From an uncultured Gammaproteobacteria bacterium (lineage in GTDB: Bacteria > Pseudomonadota > Gammaproteobacteria > CAIUAS01), in NCBI GenBank assembly GCA_903897205.1, contig CAIUAS010000218.1, positions 1 through 30,926 of the forward strand: a stretch of DNA of 30,926 nt, read 5' to 3'. Below the pieces are notes generated by a model, which was not told where the DNA came from, made no database searches, and saw nothing but the letters and a program-made list of their open reading frames with translations. The position numbers and the translations under genes are program-made. This document shows positions 9,201 to 18,140 of the stretch, one piece after another. Every line of letters begins with the position of its first letter. Positions within the stretch are counted from its first letter, which is position 1.

Positions 9201-12200
9201 TGTTGCCGCCATTAATGGTGACATCGTGATAGAGTAAAATGGGGCTGTTGGATAAAAGGCCGTCAGTGACCGTGATATTACTAAGGCCAAGCTTGGTAGT
9301 TCCTAGACTGTTGGCGAGACTAAGGGAGTTAATGTCTATGTTGCCATTGAGGGAAACTTCGTTACTTGAATTTATCGTAAGGTCCCCAGCACCATTGACA
9401 GTGGTGTCGAAGGTAATATTGCCGGTGCCGCTATTGATTGTGATGTTACCAACGATGTTTACAGGGCCTTGAAAATTGATATTGCCATCGTCAGTTGTTA
9501 AATTTCCGTTAAGTGTATAGGTCGTGTCATTGCGAGTCAGGAAATTAACATTATTATTATTGCTTAAGGAAATATTAGAGCCGCTGCCTGTATATAAAAT
9601 GCCACTATCGCTCAAGCTTCCTTTGGCGGTAATTAAACTGCTATTCGATAAAGTATTGGAAGGATACCAGCCGATAACGGTGTTCCCGTAAATATCGAAT
9701 CCAGTTATATTTGGGTTTGTACTAGTAGCGCCAGCAACCGATGTGCCTTGTACGCTGCCGCCGCTGGGAATATAGGCTAATAAAAGATTGCCGCTGCTGA
9801 AGGTGCCGTTGGGTGCTAGGTAATAATAAGCGCCATTAGCGCCTGACATAACACTGGTCAGGCTGACACCATTTTTGGCAATAGCCACAGTTTGCCCGGC
9901 ACTTGACGTTAAGCCTTGGTCGGAGTAAATGGTGCCAGAAATTACTTGTGGAATGCCTGTATAAGAGGCTTGCAAGTAAGGATAAGAGTTGCCTTCAATA
10001 ATCGCCCAGATATTACTAAAATTCCATGTGCTAAAGCTGCTTTGAGTCATCATTTGGCTGGTGTTTAAGCCTGTGATGCCGCTTGGGCTTGAGTCTCCGC
10101 CAACCCCATTGGTTGGGCCAGAGGTTTGCTTGTCCCAAAAATTATTGCTGAAACCAGAAGTGGTAGTCGTAGAACCAATCAGTCCTCCTGTATAAGCATC
10201 GCCTCCTACTACGTAACCTGCATTGTAGTTATTGCTGATTGTTGCAGCGCTACCACCAATTGCTGGATTTACTAAACCGATTAAACCGCCAACACTACTT
10301 GTTCCGACTACATAACCTGTATTGTAGTTGTTGTTGAGTGTTAAGTTAGCCCCGCTATTTGGATTCGCTAAACCAATTAAACCGCCAACATCACTTGTTC
10401 CAGATACGTGGCCAGTATTATAGGAACTACTAATCGAGCCGCCATAGGCTAATCCGACTAAGCCACCGGCATAAATAGTCCCGTTTATGTTTCCGGTATT
10501 AAAAGATTGGGTGATAGTGCCATTGTTAAGTCCTGTTATACCACCAGCACTATTGCCGTCTTCGTTGTTTGTACCTCCGGTTATGCTGGTGACAGTGCCT
10601 GTGTTATAAGCGTTGCTGATTGAGCCGTTGTTTTCACCTGCCAGGCCACCAATCTCATTTCCGCCTTGTATCGCGCCGGTATTATAGGAGTTTGAGATGG
10701 TCGAAGCATTCGTTAGAACGCCGACTAAGCCACCTACTCGTCCATCATCAGCATTAACGGTCGCAGCATTATAGCTGTTGGTTAAGGTAGAAGGACTTCC
10801 TTCGCCTTCAAGCATTCCAATAATACCGCCAACCGCATTGAAACCACTGACATTACCGGTAACATAAACATTGTCGATGGAATTACCGTTATAAGCGTTT
10901 CCTATTAAGCCACCTACATTATATTCCCCCGTGATATTGACATTAGTCAGGCCAAGATTTGCAATAGTTGCATTGTGGGTGTAACCAAATAAGCCGACGT
11001 CGTCAGAGTTGCTGTTAATGGTTAAGTGATCGATAGTATGGTTCATACCATCAAATTTACCGGTGAACCGTACAGTACTGTTGCCAATAGGGCTAAAATT
11101 AGAGATGCTACTTAAGTCAAGATCGGTGGCTAAGGCCAGGTTTTGGTTCCAGGTGGTGGATATCGCGCTGATATCTGTTAGTTGTTGTACGGTATTAATG
11201 AGCATATAGGCAGTCAGTGTAGCGCCACTGCTGCCAAGGTTAACATTGCTGCTGAAATTAGTCGGTGAGCTATAGTTATGATGAGTAGGATTATAATAAA
11301 TGCTCACGTTTCCTGTGCTACCGCTAAAGTTAACATTTTGTCCACTGAATGTTACTGTGCCTTCGTCTAAAGAATTAGCTGCTCGGCCTGCTTGTAAAAC
11401 CAAGTTACCACTACCGGCTGAGTGCGTAATTGTAGCCCCTGAATTAAATTGCATTTGATCAGCTACCAGGCTCAAACTAGTATTGCCTGTCCAGCTAATA
11501 GCTACCGCACCATCAGTAGCACTGGTGCCATTGATAGTCATTCTTTCAATGTTGCCGGGGCCTTGTGTCGTAGAGTCATAAGTGCTAATGACTAGATTGT
11601 TAGTTAATAATTGCTTATTGATATAGCCATCTGTAACAGTATCCCAACTGGTTGGAGTAGCGATGCTTGCATTGTGCATGATAGTTACAACGCCTGGATC
11701 TAATAATAAGGTGCCGGCGTAACCATTCGGTGCACTTAAATCAACAGTTTGACCGATCCACAAATGATTGGCGCTGGAAATTTCAGCATTACCGCCATTG
11801 CCGCGTAAGGCGCCTCCACGAGCAGACAAAGCACCATTAAACAGGGTTTCTTGATTTGACCAGATGCTGATATCGCCACCATTGCCGGAAGTAATGGTAG
11901 AAGCATCAATCACACTGCCATTTTCAATTGTTGTGGTGTCAGCATTTGGCACAGGGCCTGAACCTTTATGATTGCCACCGATAACGATAGAACCACCGCT
12001 CGCATCACCAGTTGCTTTTAAGCGTGCGGTGCTAGTGATATGTACATGCTTGCCAGTGACTTGTATTGTTCCTGCCGTTTCTCCCTGATTTAAGCCAGAC
12101 ACATCAAGCGTACCCGATACGCTGGTAACCCCTTCGTTTCCACCCGCTAGAATAATACTGCCTTTGTTGCCAGCTAAGGTTTTTGCCTCAATGACGCCGT

Positions 12201-12996
12201 CCATATTGATAGCGTTATCGACTATATTTTCTGCGGTTTGAGCAGTAAGTACTACCTTGCCACCGTTAGCATAAATCTGGCCACTATTGGCTACCCCACT
12301 TTTCATTAATTGGCCATCAGGTGTAAAAGTAGCTTGGCTGACTTTGGTGCCTGTGGCGAATTGAATGGTTTCATCGCCTTGTAAATCAACGGTAAACTCA
12401 GTGCCAGAAGCCAAGGCAACCGTGCCAAGGTTGGCTACAATTTTGCCGTTATTTTGTACGCTGGGAGCGACAAGTGCTGTCAAGCCACGATCGGCTACGG
12501 TAATGGTACCTTCGTTTACAATACCTTTATTAAAATTAGGATCTTGTACAAAATGATAATTACCATTTAAGAAATCGTTGTCTTTAATATTGGCGGTCGA
12601 TGCAATAAGGCCAGCGACATCGACTTGGCTATTAGGCCCAAAAATAATGCCCGAAGGGTTAAGCAGCATAATTTTACCATTAGCAGATAATTTACCCATA
12701 ATGCGTGAAGCTTGATTGCCAGTGACGCGATTTAAAGTAATAGAGCTGCTGCTAGGTTGCTGAAAGTGGGTGTGTTCATTAGTGTCTATGCTAAAGCCTT
12801 GCCAATTAATAATGGCTTTATCAGTGCTTTGATTTATTTGCGTGAGGCCAGGGCTTTGATTAATCGTTGCTCCGCCGGCGATAACTACGCCATTTTGAGG
12901 ATTAGCGTAGAGCGGATTTATAAAAATCGTGTAGCTGAATAAGGTGACACAGCTTAATGTCAGCAATTTTTTCAAAATAATGGCGCGCATAAACAT
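6280..12996 (-). CDS. TpsA / filamentous haemagglutinin-family adhesin (HMW1/CdrA-like), ~2238 aa
   Basis: Likely start ATG 12996 with GGTG 6 nt upstream. Signal peptide ends LYA|NPQNG. TPS domain (LNRVTG, LLNPSGIIFG), GLUG-type repeats, autotransporter-type beta-strand repeats (NTYTGSTTLNSGTL), G/N/T/S-rich beta-helix. Cognate TpsB is adjacent. Confidence 0.92.
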   Translation of the reverse strand: MFMRAIILKKLLTLSCVTLFSYTIFINPLYANPQNGVVIAGGATINQSPGLTQINQSTDKAIINWQGFSIDTNEHTHFQQPSSSSITLNRVTGNQASRIMGKLSANGKIMLLNPSGIIFGPNSQVDVAGLIASTANIKDNDFLNGNYHFVQDPNFNKGIVNEGTITVADRGLTALVAPSVQNNGKIVANLGTVALASGTEFTVDLQGDETIQFATGTKVSQATFTPDGQLMKSGVANSGQIYANGGKVVLTAQTAENIVDNAINMDGVIEAKTLAGNKGSIILAGGNEGVTSVSGTLDVSGLNQGETAGTIQVTGKHVHITSTARLKATGDASGGSIVIGGNHKGSGPVPNADTTTIENGSVIDASTITSGNGGDISIWSNQETLFNGALSARGGALRGNGGNAEISSANHLWIGQTVDLSAPNGYAGTLLLDPGVVTIMHNASIATPTSWDTVTDGYINKQLLTNNLVISTYDSTTQGPGNIERMTINGTSATDGAVAISWTGNTSLSLVADQMQFNSGATITHSAGSGNLVLQAGRAANSLDEGTVTFSGQNVNFSGSTGNVSIYYNPTHHNYSSPTNFSSNVNLGSSGATLTAYMLINTVQQLTDISAISTTWNQNLALATDLDLSSISNFSPIGNSTVRFTGKFDGMNHTIDHLTINSNSDDVGLFGYTHNATIANLGLTNVNITGEYNVGGLIGNAYNGNSIDNVYVTGNVSGFNAVGGIIGMLEGEGSPSTLTNSYNAATVNADDGRVGGLVGVLTNASTISNSYNTGAIQGGNEIGGLAGENNGSISNAYNTGTVTSITGGTNNEDGNSAGGITGLNNGTITQSFNTGNINGTIYAGGLVGLAYGGSISSSYNTGHVSGTSDVGGLIGLANPNSGANLTLNNNYNTGYVVGTSSVGGLIGLVNPAIGGSAATISNNYNAGYVVGGDAYTGGLIGSTTTTSGFSNNFWDKQTSGPTNGVGGDSSPSGITGLNTSQMMTQSSFSTWNFSNIWAIIEGNSYPYLQASYTGIPQVISGTIYSDQGLTSSAGQTVAIAKNGVSLTSVMSGANGAYYYLAPNGTFSSGNLLLAYIPSGGSVQGTSVAGATSTNPNITGFDIYGNTVIGWYPSNTLSNSSLITAKGSLSDSGILYTGSGSNISLSNNNNVNFLTRNDTTYTLNGNLTTDDGNINFQGPVNIVGNITINSGTGNITFDTTVNGAGDLTINSSNEVSLNGNIDINSLSLANSLGTTKLGLSNITVTDGLLSNSPILLYHDVTINGGNSNLAFTNIDSDPNSSPHSLTLNASGTTILNGDIDVKSLTLSNSQGTAELALRNINVTTGFSSDSSILLYHDVTINGGNSDLTFTNIDSAPNSSPHSLALNTSGTINLHGGAGWNNALSSLLISNQNGSTILGNTVVTNAGATFNAPVTLNGSIPITVNDTTGNNFFNSSVDLNGHTLTLNGSGTTTFNGQVEGTGSMVQSAGTALFNYDNHDYSWTTTLNDGTLELGVSSGALGSGTVTLNGGTLLANTSASLANQIIVGGDVTLGGDNDLTLSGPITIGTVNAPSVGLDVTNSAHTTLSGIITGTGSLSNSNGTLTVSNSNTYTGSTTLNSGTLQGNAANNPFGTGSLVLKGGTVESLFNGESIFGNNSFIVSGTPTIGGDNDLTLSGPITIGTVNIPSTTLDVTNSAHTTLSGIITGTGSLSNSNGTLTVSNNNTYTGSTILNSGILQAGNDNAFGTGTLTLKGGELQASVSPGVTLPNLIDITNDSTMSGENGLSFTNTVTFADNTTLSLSTPLVDFQGTLQGPGNLVSSASILKLNNISDSDPLNSITTTQASTTYFINNGVINTINDQTYNGAIHLLANSTLTSNNGNLTFGGTIDDAHDLTLNATNGHITFDSNVGNNGSPLTSLTINGLSAYLNGNIIHTSDTQQFNAPIILGANVTLSSNHGFISLKQVNDDALGMHSLSIDNTGITYFTADIGGQVPIYALNTDTGGTSYLGANITTYSHINLNDNVLLTTDTIRLTSLAGNININNKLDGLHNLILTANHGDIYFGNLVGSNTPLTNLIINNAHNVSSAALLQVGNFTQYQGNGTTNLSHGLMASDDISVTNNAIIGTIQGDNIYLNGLNKLALHITAQTLLLDGKNGGELYGSIAGVNTEFAAMLARLATDALGDFVFNGCLIPGGCVAPIINNAATTSISDETNQPYEKKTLACTVAGSAKENGGSDCDNTIAIKPEAIASNLVNSSELKL
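7880..8412. repeat. Intragenic direct repeat in tpsA, period 342 bp
   Basis: 7880-8070 vs 8222-8412: 16 mismatches in 191 bp by manual alignment. Confidence 0.9.
8912..9242. repeat. Intragenic direct repeat in tpsA, period 234 bp
   Basis: 8912-9008 vs 9146-9242: 7 mismatches in 97 bp; encodes ILLYHDVTINGGNS...NSSPHSL twice. Confidence 0.9.
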
Positions 12997-13090
12997 GGTT
13001 TTCACCGTTATTAACCATGCTGGCGCGCACACATCCATCCAGCAAATTAAGCAGCTCTACATCCAAATTGTAAGCCGCTATCTATTTATT

Positions 13091-13108
13091 GTTATATAAC
13101 TAGTTATA
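13091..13108. promoter_or_regulatory. Overlapping palindromes upstream of tpsA (candidate operator)
   Basis: GTTATATAAC (13091-13100) overlaps TATAACTAGTTATA (13095-13108); both are perfect palindromes. Confidence 0.35.
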
Positions 13109-13150
13109 GCCAATTTTGAAAAAAATGCCAGTCAGATAAAAGTTTTTAGA

Positions 13151-13186
13151 GATCATAAAAAAACTCGGCCGTAGGAGGCCGAGTTT
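13151..13186 (-). terminator. Intrinsic terminator after tpsB
   Basis: Minus strand AAACTCGGCC-TCCTAC-GGCCGAGTTT followed by further T residues, 7 bp after the tpsB stop. Confidence 0.8.
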
Positions 13187-13193
13187 AAAATTA

Positions 13194-15206
13194 TTAATTG
13201 GTGAAAGAAACGTCGGTGGGCGTTAAGCCTTCATATTTAGCTTGAGGTAAGGGACTTTTCGGTATTGAGGATGTGGATGGTTCTTTATTGGATTGATTTT
13301 TTTGGGTCGCTGCCTCAATGGGGCCTGAGTTAGCTGATTCTGTTGGAATAGCTGTGGGTTTTACCGGAGTCAGGCCCGTATAAGGTGCAATGGCTTTAGC
13401 CATAAGAGGCATGCTGGGTGGCGCTGGATTAGGGTTGTTATTGCTTGGGGTATCGCCAGCTAGTGCTACTGAGAAAAATACACGAGCATCTTTATCGCTC
13501 ATGGTAGCAACGGTTCGAGTTAAAGGTTTGGCGAGCTCTAGGGTGCTAGAGAAATATTTCGTAAAGTAAGCCCGTACGCCAAGTCCCGTCGAGCTGCCGC
13601 TTTGATTAGCTGTCTGCCCATTATTATGATCAATGTTCCATACTTTGCCGATATCATAGAAAGTATAGTACTGCACATTGTTTAAAACGCGTAAGCCAGG
13701 ATAAGTGTCATAACGTATTTCAACTTTTGCAGCAATCCCTCGATCACCAGTAATTTCAGAAGGATCATAAGCCTGGCCAAATTGGCTACCACCATAACTA
13801 AATTGTTCTGCGGATAACAAGGGAGTCAAGGCGTATTGCGCTGTAACCGCTGCTAATAAAGAAAAATTCTTCGGAAGTCCTTGCAGGCGAGAGAGATTTA
13901 AGTTGGCTTTCGTATAATCACTGCGTCCATCAGGCCTTGAATTTAAAATTGAATTATCTTTACTCGCATCAAATATTTTCAGACCTTGTGATAACTGACC
14001 GCCAAGCTCGTTGATGCCTAACCAACGATCGGCTTTGTCATAAGTGGCGCCTATACGTAATGAACGAATATGATCCTCATAAAGTTTAGCATTAAAAGCA
14101 GCGAGGTCTGTTTTGTTATTTAAGGCATCTAAAGACGTGTTTAAAAATAAGCTTTGATTGCGCTCTCTAATGATGGGATAGCTAATTCCAGCTGAGACAT
14201 ATTCACTACGACCTTGCACATCAAAGGGTTCTAAATGAAAACCTGGATTGGTACGTGTGTAGTTGGCGGCAAGGTTAAAAGTAGCACCATTGGTGCCCAG
14301 CGGCGTTTTATGCGAAACATTAATATATTGTAATTCATGAGTATGCTCGGTCACCAAGCCTTGTATGCTTGTTTGATCGCCTGAGCGGAAAATGGAATTA
14401 ACACTGCTGCCTAAAGTAATTTGTTCTGGGCCTAAATATTTAGTGCCGTGATTGTCATAAGAAAGATAGCCGCTGGCAGTGTGCTGCGATGCTATAAAGG
14501 TTAAATCAGCGGCGCCAGAGGTAATATCAGAAGGTGCCATCACGTTGGTGGGCGGTTGCGCGGCACTAATAATAGTTTTGATATCCATGCCAGGGATGTC
14601 GTTAGCAAGTAAAGCATAACGTTCAAGGGTTTTAATATTCAGCGGTCGGGCTGCTTTGATATGATCACCGTAGGCTGCCAATAATTCGCGCGCACCCTTA
14701 GGGTCTCCTTGAATATCAACGCTATTAACATAGCCTTCTACTACTCGAATGTTAACAACACCACTCTTAATTTGTTGAGCGGGAATGACGGCTTTTGAAA
14801 GAATATAGCCATCACGTCTATATTTTAAAGTAATGGTATCGGCAATTTGTTGTAAATCGGCTAATGAGATGACGTGTCCTAAATAATTTTGAAACAAATT
14901 AGCAATTTGTTGGTCACCATAAACACTAGAACCGCTTACCGCTAAGCGATCTAGCTTAAAAGTAATGCGGGCAGCATCGGGTGAAATAGGCTGTGGCGTA
15001 AATTTAGGCGTTGCTGGGCCGACTGTGGCTTTAGGCATAGATTCAGGGTTAAGCATCTGAGCCACACGGGAGGCATCTACACTCGCAGGAAGTGGAAAAA
15101 CGGGATCGGCTTGAACGGCAAGCGGCAGGCTTAAGCCAACAGCAAGGTAAATTGCTGTGCGTAAACGCTGTTGAAGAATAGTTGGTTTAGTGAATTGTAG
15201 TGACAT
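13194..15206 (-). CDS. TpsB / ShlB-FhaC-HecB family Omp85 translocator with a C-terminal extension
   Basis: Signal peptide (…LPLAVQA|DP), POTRA domains (LQQIADTITLKYRRDGYILS, IRVVEGY), beta-barrel with FYDIG, last strand RVFFSVAL. AAGGA RBS. Confidence 0.93.
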   Translation of the reverse strand: MSLQFTKPTILQQRLRTAIYLAVGLSLPLAVQADPVFPLPASVDASRVAQMLNPESMPKATVGPATPKFTPQPISPDAARITFKLDRLAVSGSSVYGDQQIANLFQNYLGHVISLADLQQIADTITLKYRRDGYILSKAVIPAQQIKSGVVNIRVVEGYVNSVDIQGDPKGARELLAAYGDHIKAARPLNIKTLERYALLANDIPGMDIKTIISAAQPPTNVMAPSDITSGAADLTFIASQHTASGYLSYDNHGTKYLGPEQITLGSSVNSIFRSGDQTSIQGLVTEHTHELQYINVSHKTPLGTNGATFNLAANYTRTNPGFHLEPFDVQGRSEYVSAGISYPIIRERNQSLFLNTSLDALNNKTDLAAFNAKLYEDHIRSLRIGATYDKADRWLGINELGGQLSQGLKIFDASKDNSILNSRPDGRSDYTKANLNLSRLQGLPKNFSLLAAVTAQYALTPLLSAEQFSYGGSQFGQAYDPSEITGDRGIAAKVEIRYDTYPGLRVLNNVQYYTFYDIGKVWNIDHNNGQTANQSGSSTGLGVRAYFTKYFSSTLELAKPLTRTVATMSDKDARVFFSVALAGDTPSNNNPNPAPPSMPLMAKAIAPYTGLTPVKPTAIPTESANSGPIEAATQKNQSNKEPSTSSIPKSPLPQAKYEGLTPTDVSFTN

Positions 15207-15218
15207 AGCGAGATCCTT

Positions 15219-15282
15219 TTTTACAATGCGGCCGACTCTTATTTCTACTTTTTCAAAATTCTGAATAAGTGATAGTTGTCAT
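15219..15282 (-). pseudogene. 5' remnant of a CsaA / tRNA-binding (MetG C-terminal-like OB-fold) gene with a +1 T frameshift
   Basis: AGGAG RBS, then ATG 15282. MTTITYSEF* becomes MTTITYSEFEKVEIRVGRIVK if one T of TTTT is removed, matching the CsaA N-terminal pattern I.(F/Y).DF.K.(D/E)IRVG.IV. Confidence 0.7.
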
Positions 15283-15402
15283 ACTGTTTTACTCCTGTGC
15301 GCATTTTGTCAGTTTATGGCGATGATAACAAGATGAGGTCGGAATTTTCTAAAGAGAAGTAGCTTTCATAGCTAAATAATTTATCAAAAATGTAATAAGT
15401 GA

Positions 15403-15432
15403 TTGACTAGCTTTGCTCGTAATAGCTATACT
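15403..15432 (+). promoter_or_regulatory. Sigma70-type promoter of the atp operon
   Basis: TTGACT (15403-15408), 18 nt, TATACT (15427-15432). The ORF-track TTG start at 15403 is this -35 box. Confidence 0.75.
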
Positions 15433-15459
15433 CGCCCAGCCATAGTGAACGTGCAAAGT

Positions 15460-16640
<1,181 letters not shown>

Positions 16641-16684
16641 ATGAGAGCGTTGTTTTTTTAAAAATTGTCATCACTAAACTATAA

Positions 16685-17005
<321 letters not shown>

Positions 17006-17030
17006 ATTTTATAATGAGTAGAGTGAACTG

Positions 17031-17501
17031 ATGGAAATCAATATCACATTATTGGGGCAGCTTATTACGTTTGCAATATTGGTATGGGTCACGATGAAAT
17101 ATGTGTGGCCACAAATTACCAAGGTCATGCAAGAACGTGAGCAGCGCATTGCTGATGGTTTGGCGGCCGGTGAACGTGGCCAGCATGAATTGGAATTGGC
17201 GCAACATAAGGGCGCTGAACAATTGCGTGATGCAAAGATTCAAGCGGCTGAGCTGCTAGATCAGGCCAATAAGCGCGCGAACCAAATGATAGAAGAAGCT
17301 AAAGAACGCGCTCGCGAAGAGGGTGAACGCTTATTAGTGATGGCGCGTGCTGATATTGAGCAAGAAGTACAAACTGCACGCCAGAAATTACGCCAAGATG
17401 TAGCAACACTCGCAATTGCAAGTGCCGAGAAAATCTTAAGCCGAACCATTGATAGTACTATTCAACATGATTTAGTTGAAAAAATGCTGACTGAGATTTA
17501 A
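17031..17501 (+). CDS. atpF: F0 subunit b
   Basis: MEINITLLGQLITFAILVWVTMKYVWP then a long charged helix (RQQ-type IADGLAA). Confidence 0.96.
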   Translation: MEINITLLGQLITFAILVWVTMKYVWPQITKVMQEREQRIADGLAAGERGQHELELAQHKGAEQLRDAKIQAAELLDQANKRANQMIEEAKERAREEGERLLVMARADIEQEVQTARQKLRQDVATLAIASAEKILSRTIDSTIQHDLVEKMLTEI

Positions 17502-17528
17502 TTACAACTATAGATTTGAAGAAGGTTT

Positions 17529-18065
17529 ATGTCTAAGCAAACAATTATAGCCCGCCCCTATGCAAAAGCTGTGTTTGAGTTGGCAATGCAGCAAAAAACC
17601 ATAAAGGCGTGGTCTGAATTATTGCAAGTTGCAGCTTATGTGGTAACTCAGCCGGTGGTGCAGGCGTTACTTGATAATCCACGGAATACAACGCAGCAGG
17701 CTTGCAATTTTTTACTTGGTGTTTGCAAAGCCTGCTTAACAACGGAAAGTGAAAACTTTCTAAAAATATTAGCGCAGCGTAATCGTTTTCCTGTTATTCC
17801 AGAGATTGCCGAGCTTTTTGAAGAATATCGCGCCGAGCAAGAAAAATTAGCAAAAGTACATGTAACGGTTGCTTTACCGCTTAGCAAAGAAGAGCAAGAA
17901 CATTTAATGCAATCGCTAAAAAAACGCTTGCAGCGTGAAGTGGTTCTAGAGTGTTCAGTAGATAATAACTTAATTGGTGGCTTGATCATTCAAGCTGATG
18001 ATTTGGTTATTGATGGTTCTATCCGTGGTAAGTTAACACGGTTACAAACAGAGTTATTAAGTTAA
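17529..18065 (+). CDS. atpH: F1 subunit delta
   Basis: IARPYAKAVF, LIGGLIIQADDLVIDGSIRGKL. Confidence 0.96.
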   Translation: MSKQTIIARPYAKAVFELAMQQKTIKAWSELLQVAAYVVTQPVVQALLDNPRNTTQQACNFLLGVCKACLTTESENFLKILAQRNRFPVIPEIAELFEEYRAEQEKLAKVHVTVALPLSKEEQEHLMQSLKKRLQREVVLECSVDNNLIGGLIIQADDLVIDGSIRGKLTRLQTELLS

Positions 18066-18140
18066 TTCCTTGCCTTTACTAAATAAAGGGAAGGACGACA
18101 AAGATCTCATTTTAAATTAATATTGAAAGAAGAAATGCCT

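Noticed and set aside
7526-9472. Plus-strand ORFs 7526-7891, 7892-8233, 8234-8437, 8639-8920, 9239-9472, including two with identical starts (MLLLETVKVPLLLLRLP)
   Set aside because: Antisense shadows of the tpsA beta-helix; their similarity is just the 342-bp repeat read on the other strand.
6280-12996. tpsA as a CdiA contact-dependent inhibition toxin
   Set aside because: No VENN/pre-toxin motif or C-terminal toxin domain, and no immunity gene between the stop and the terminator.
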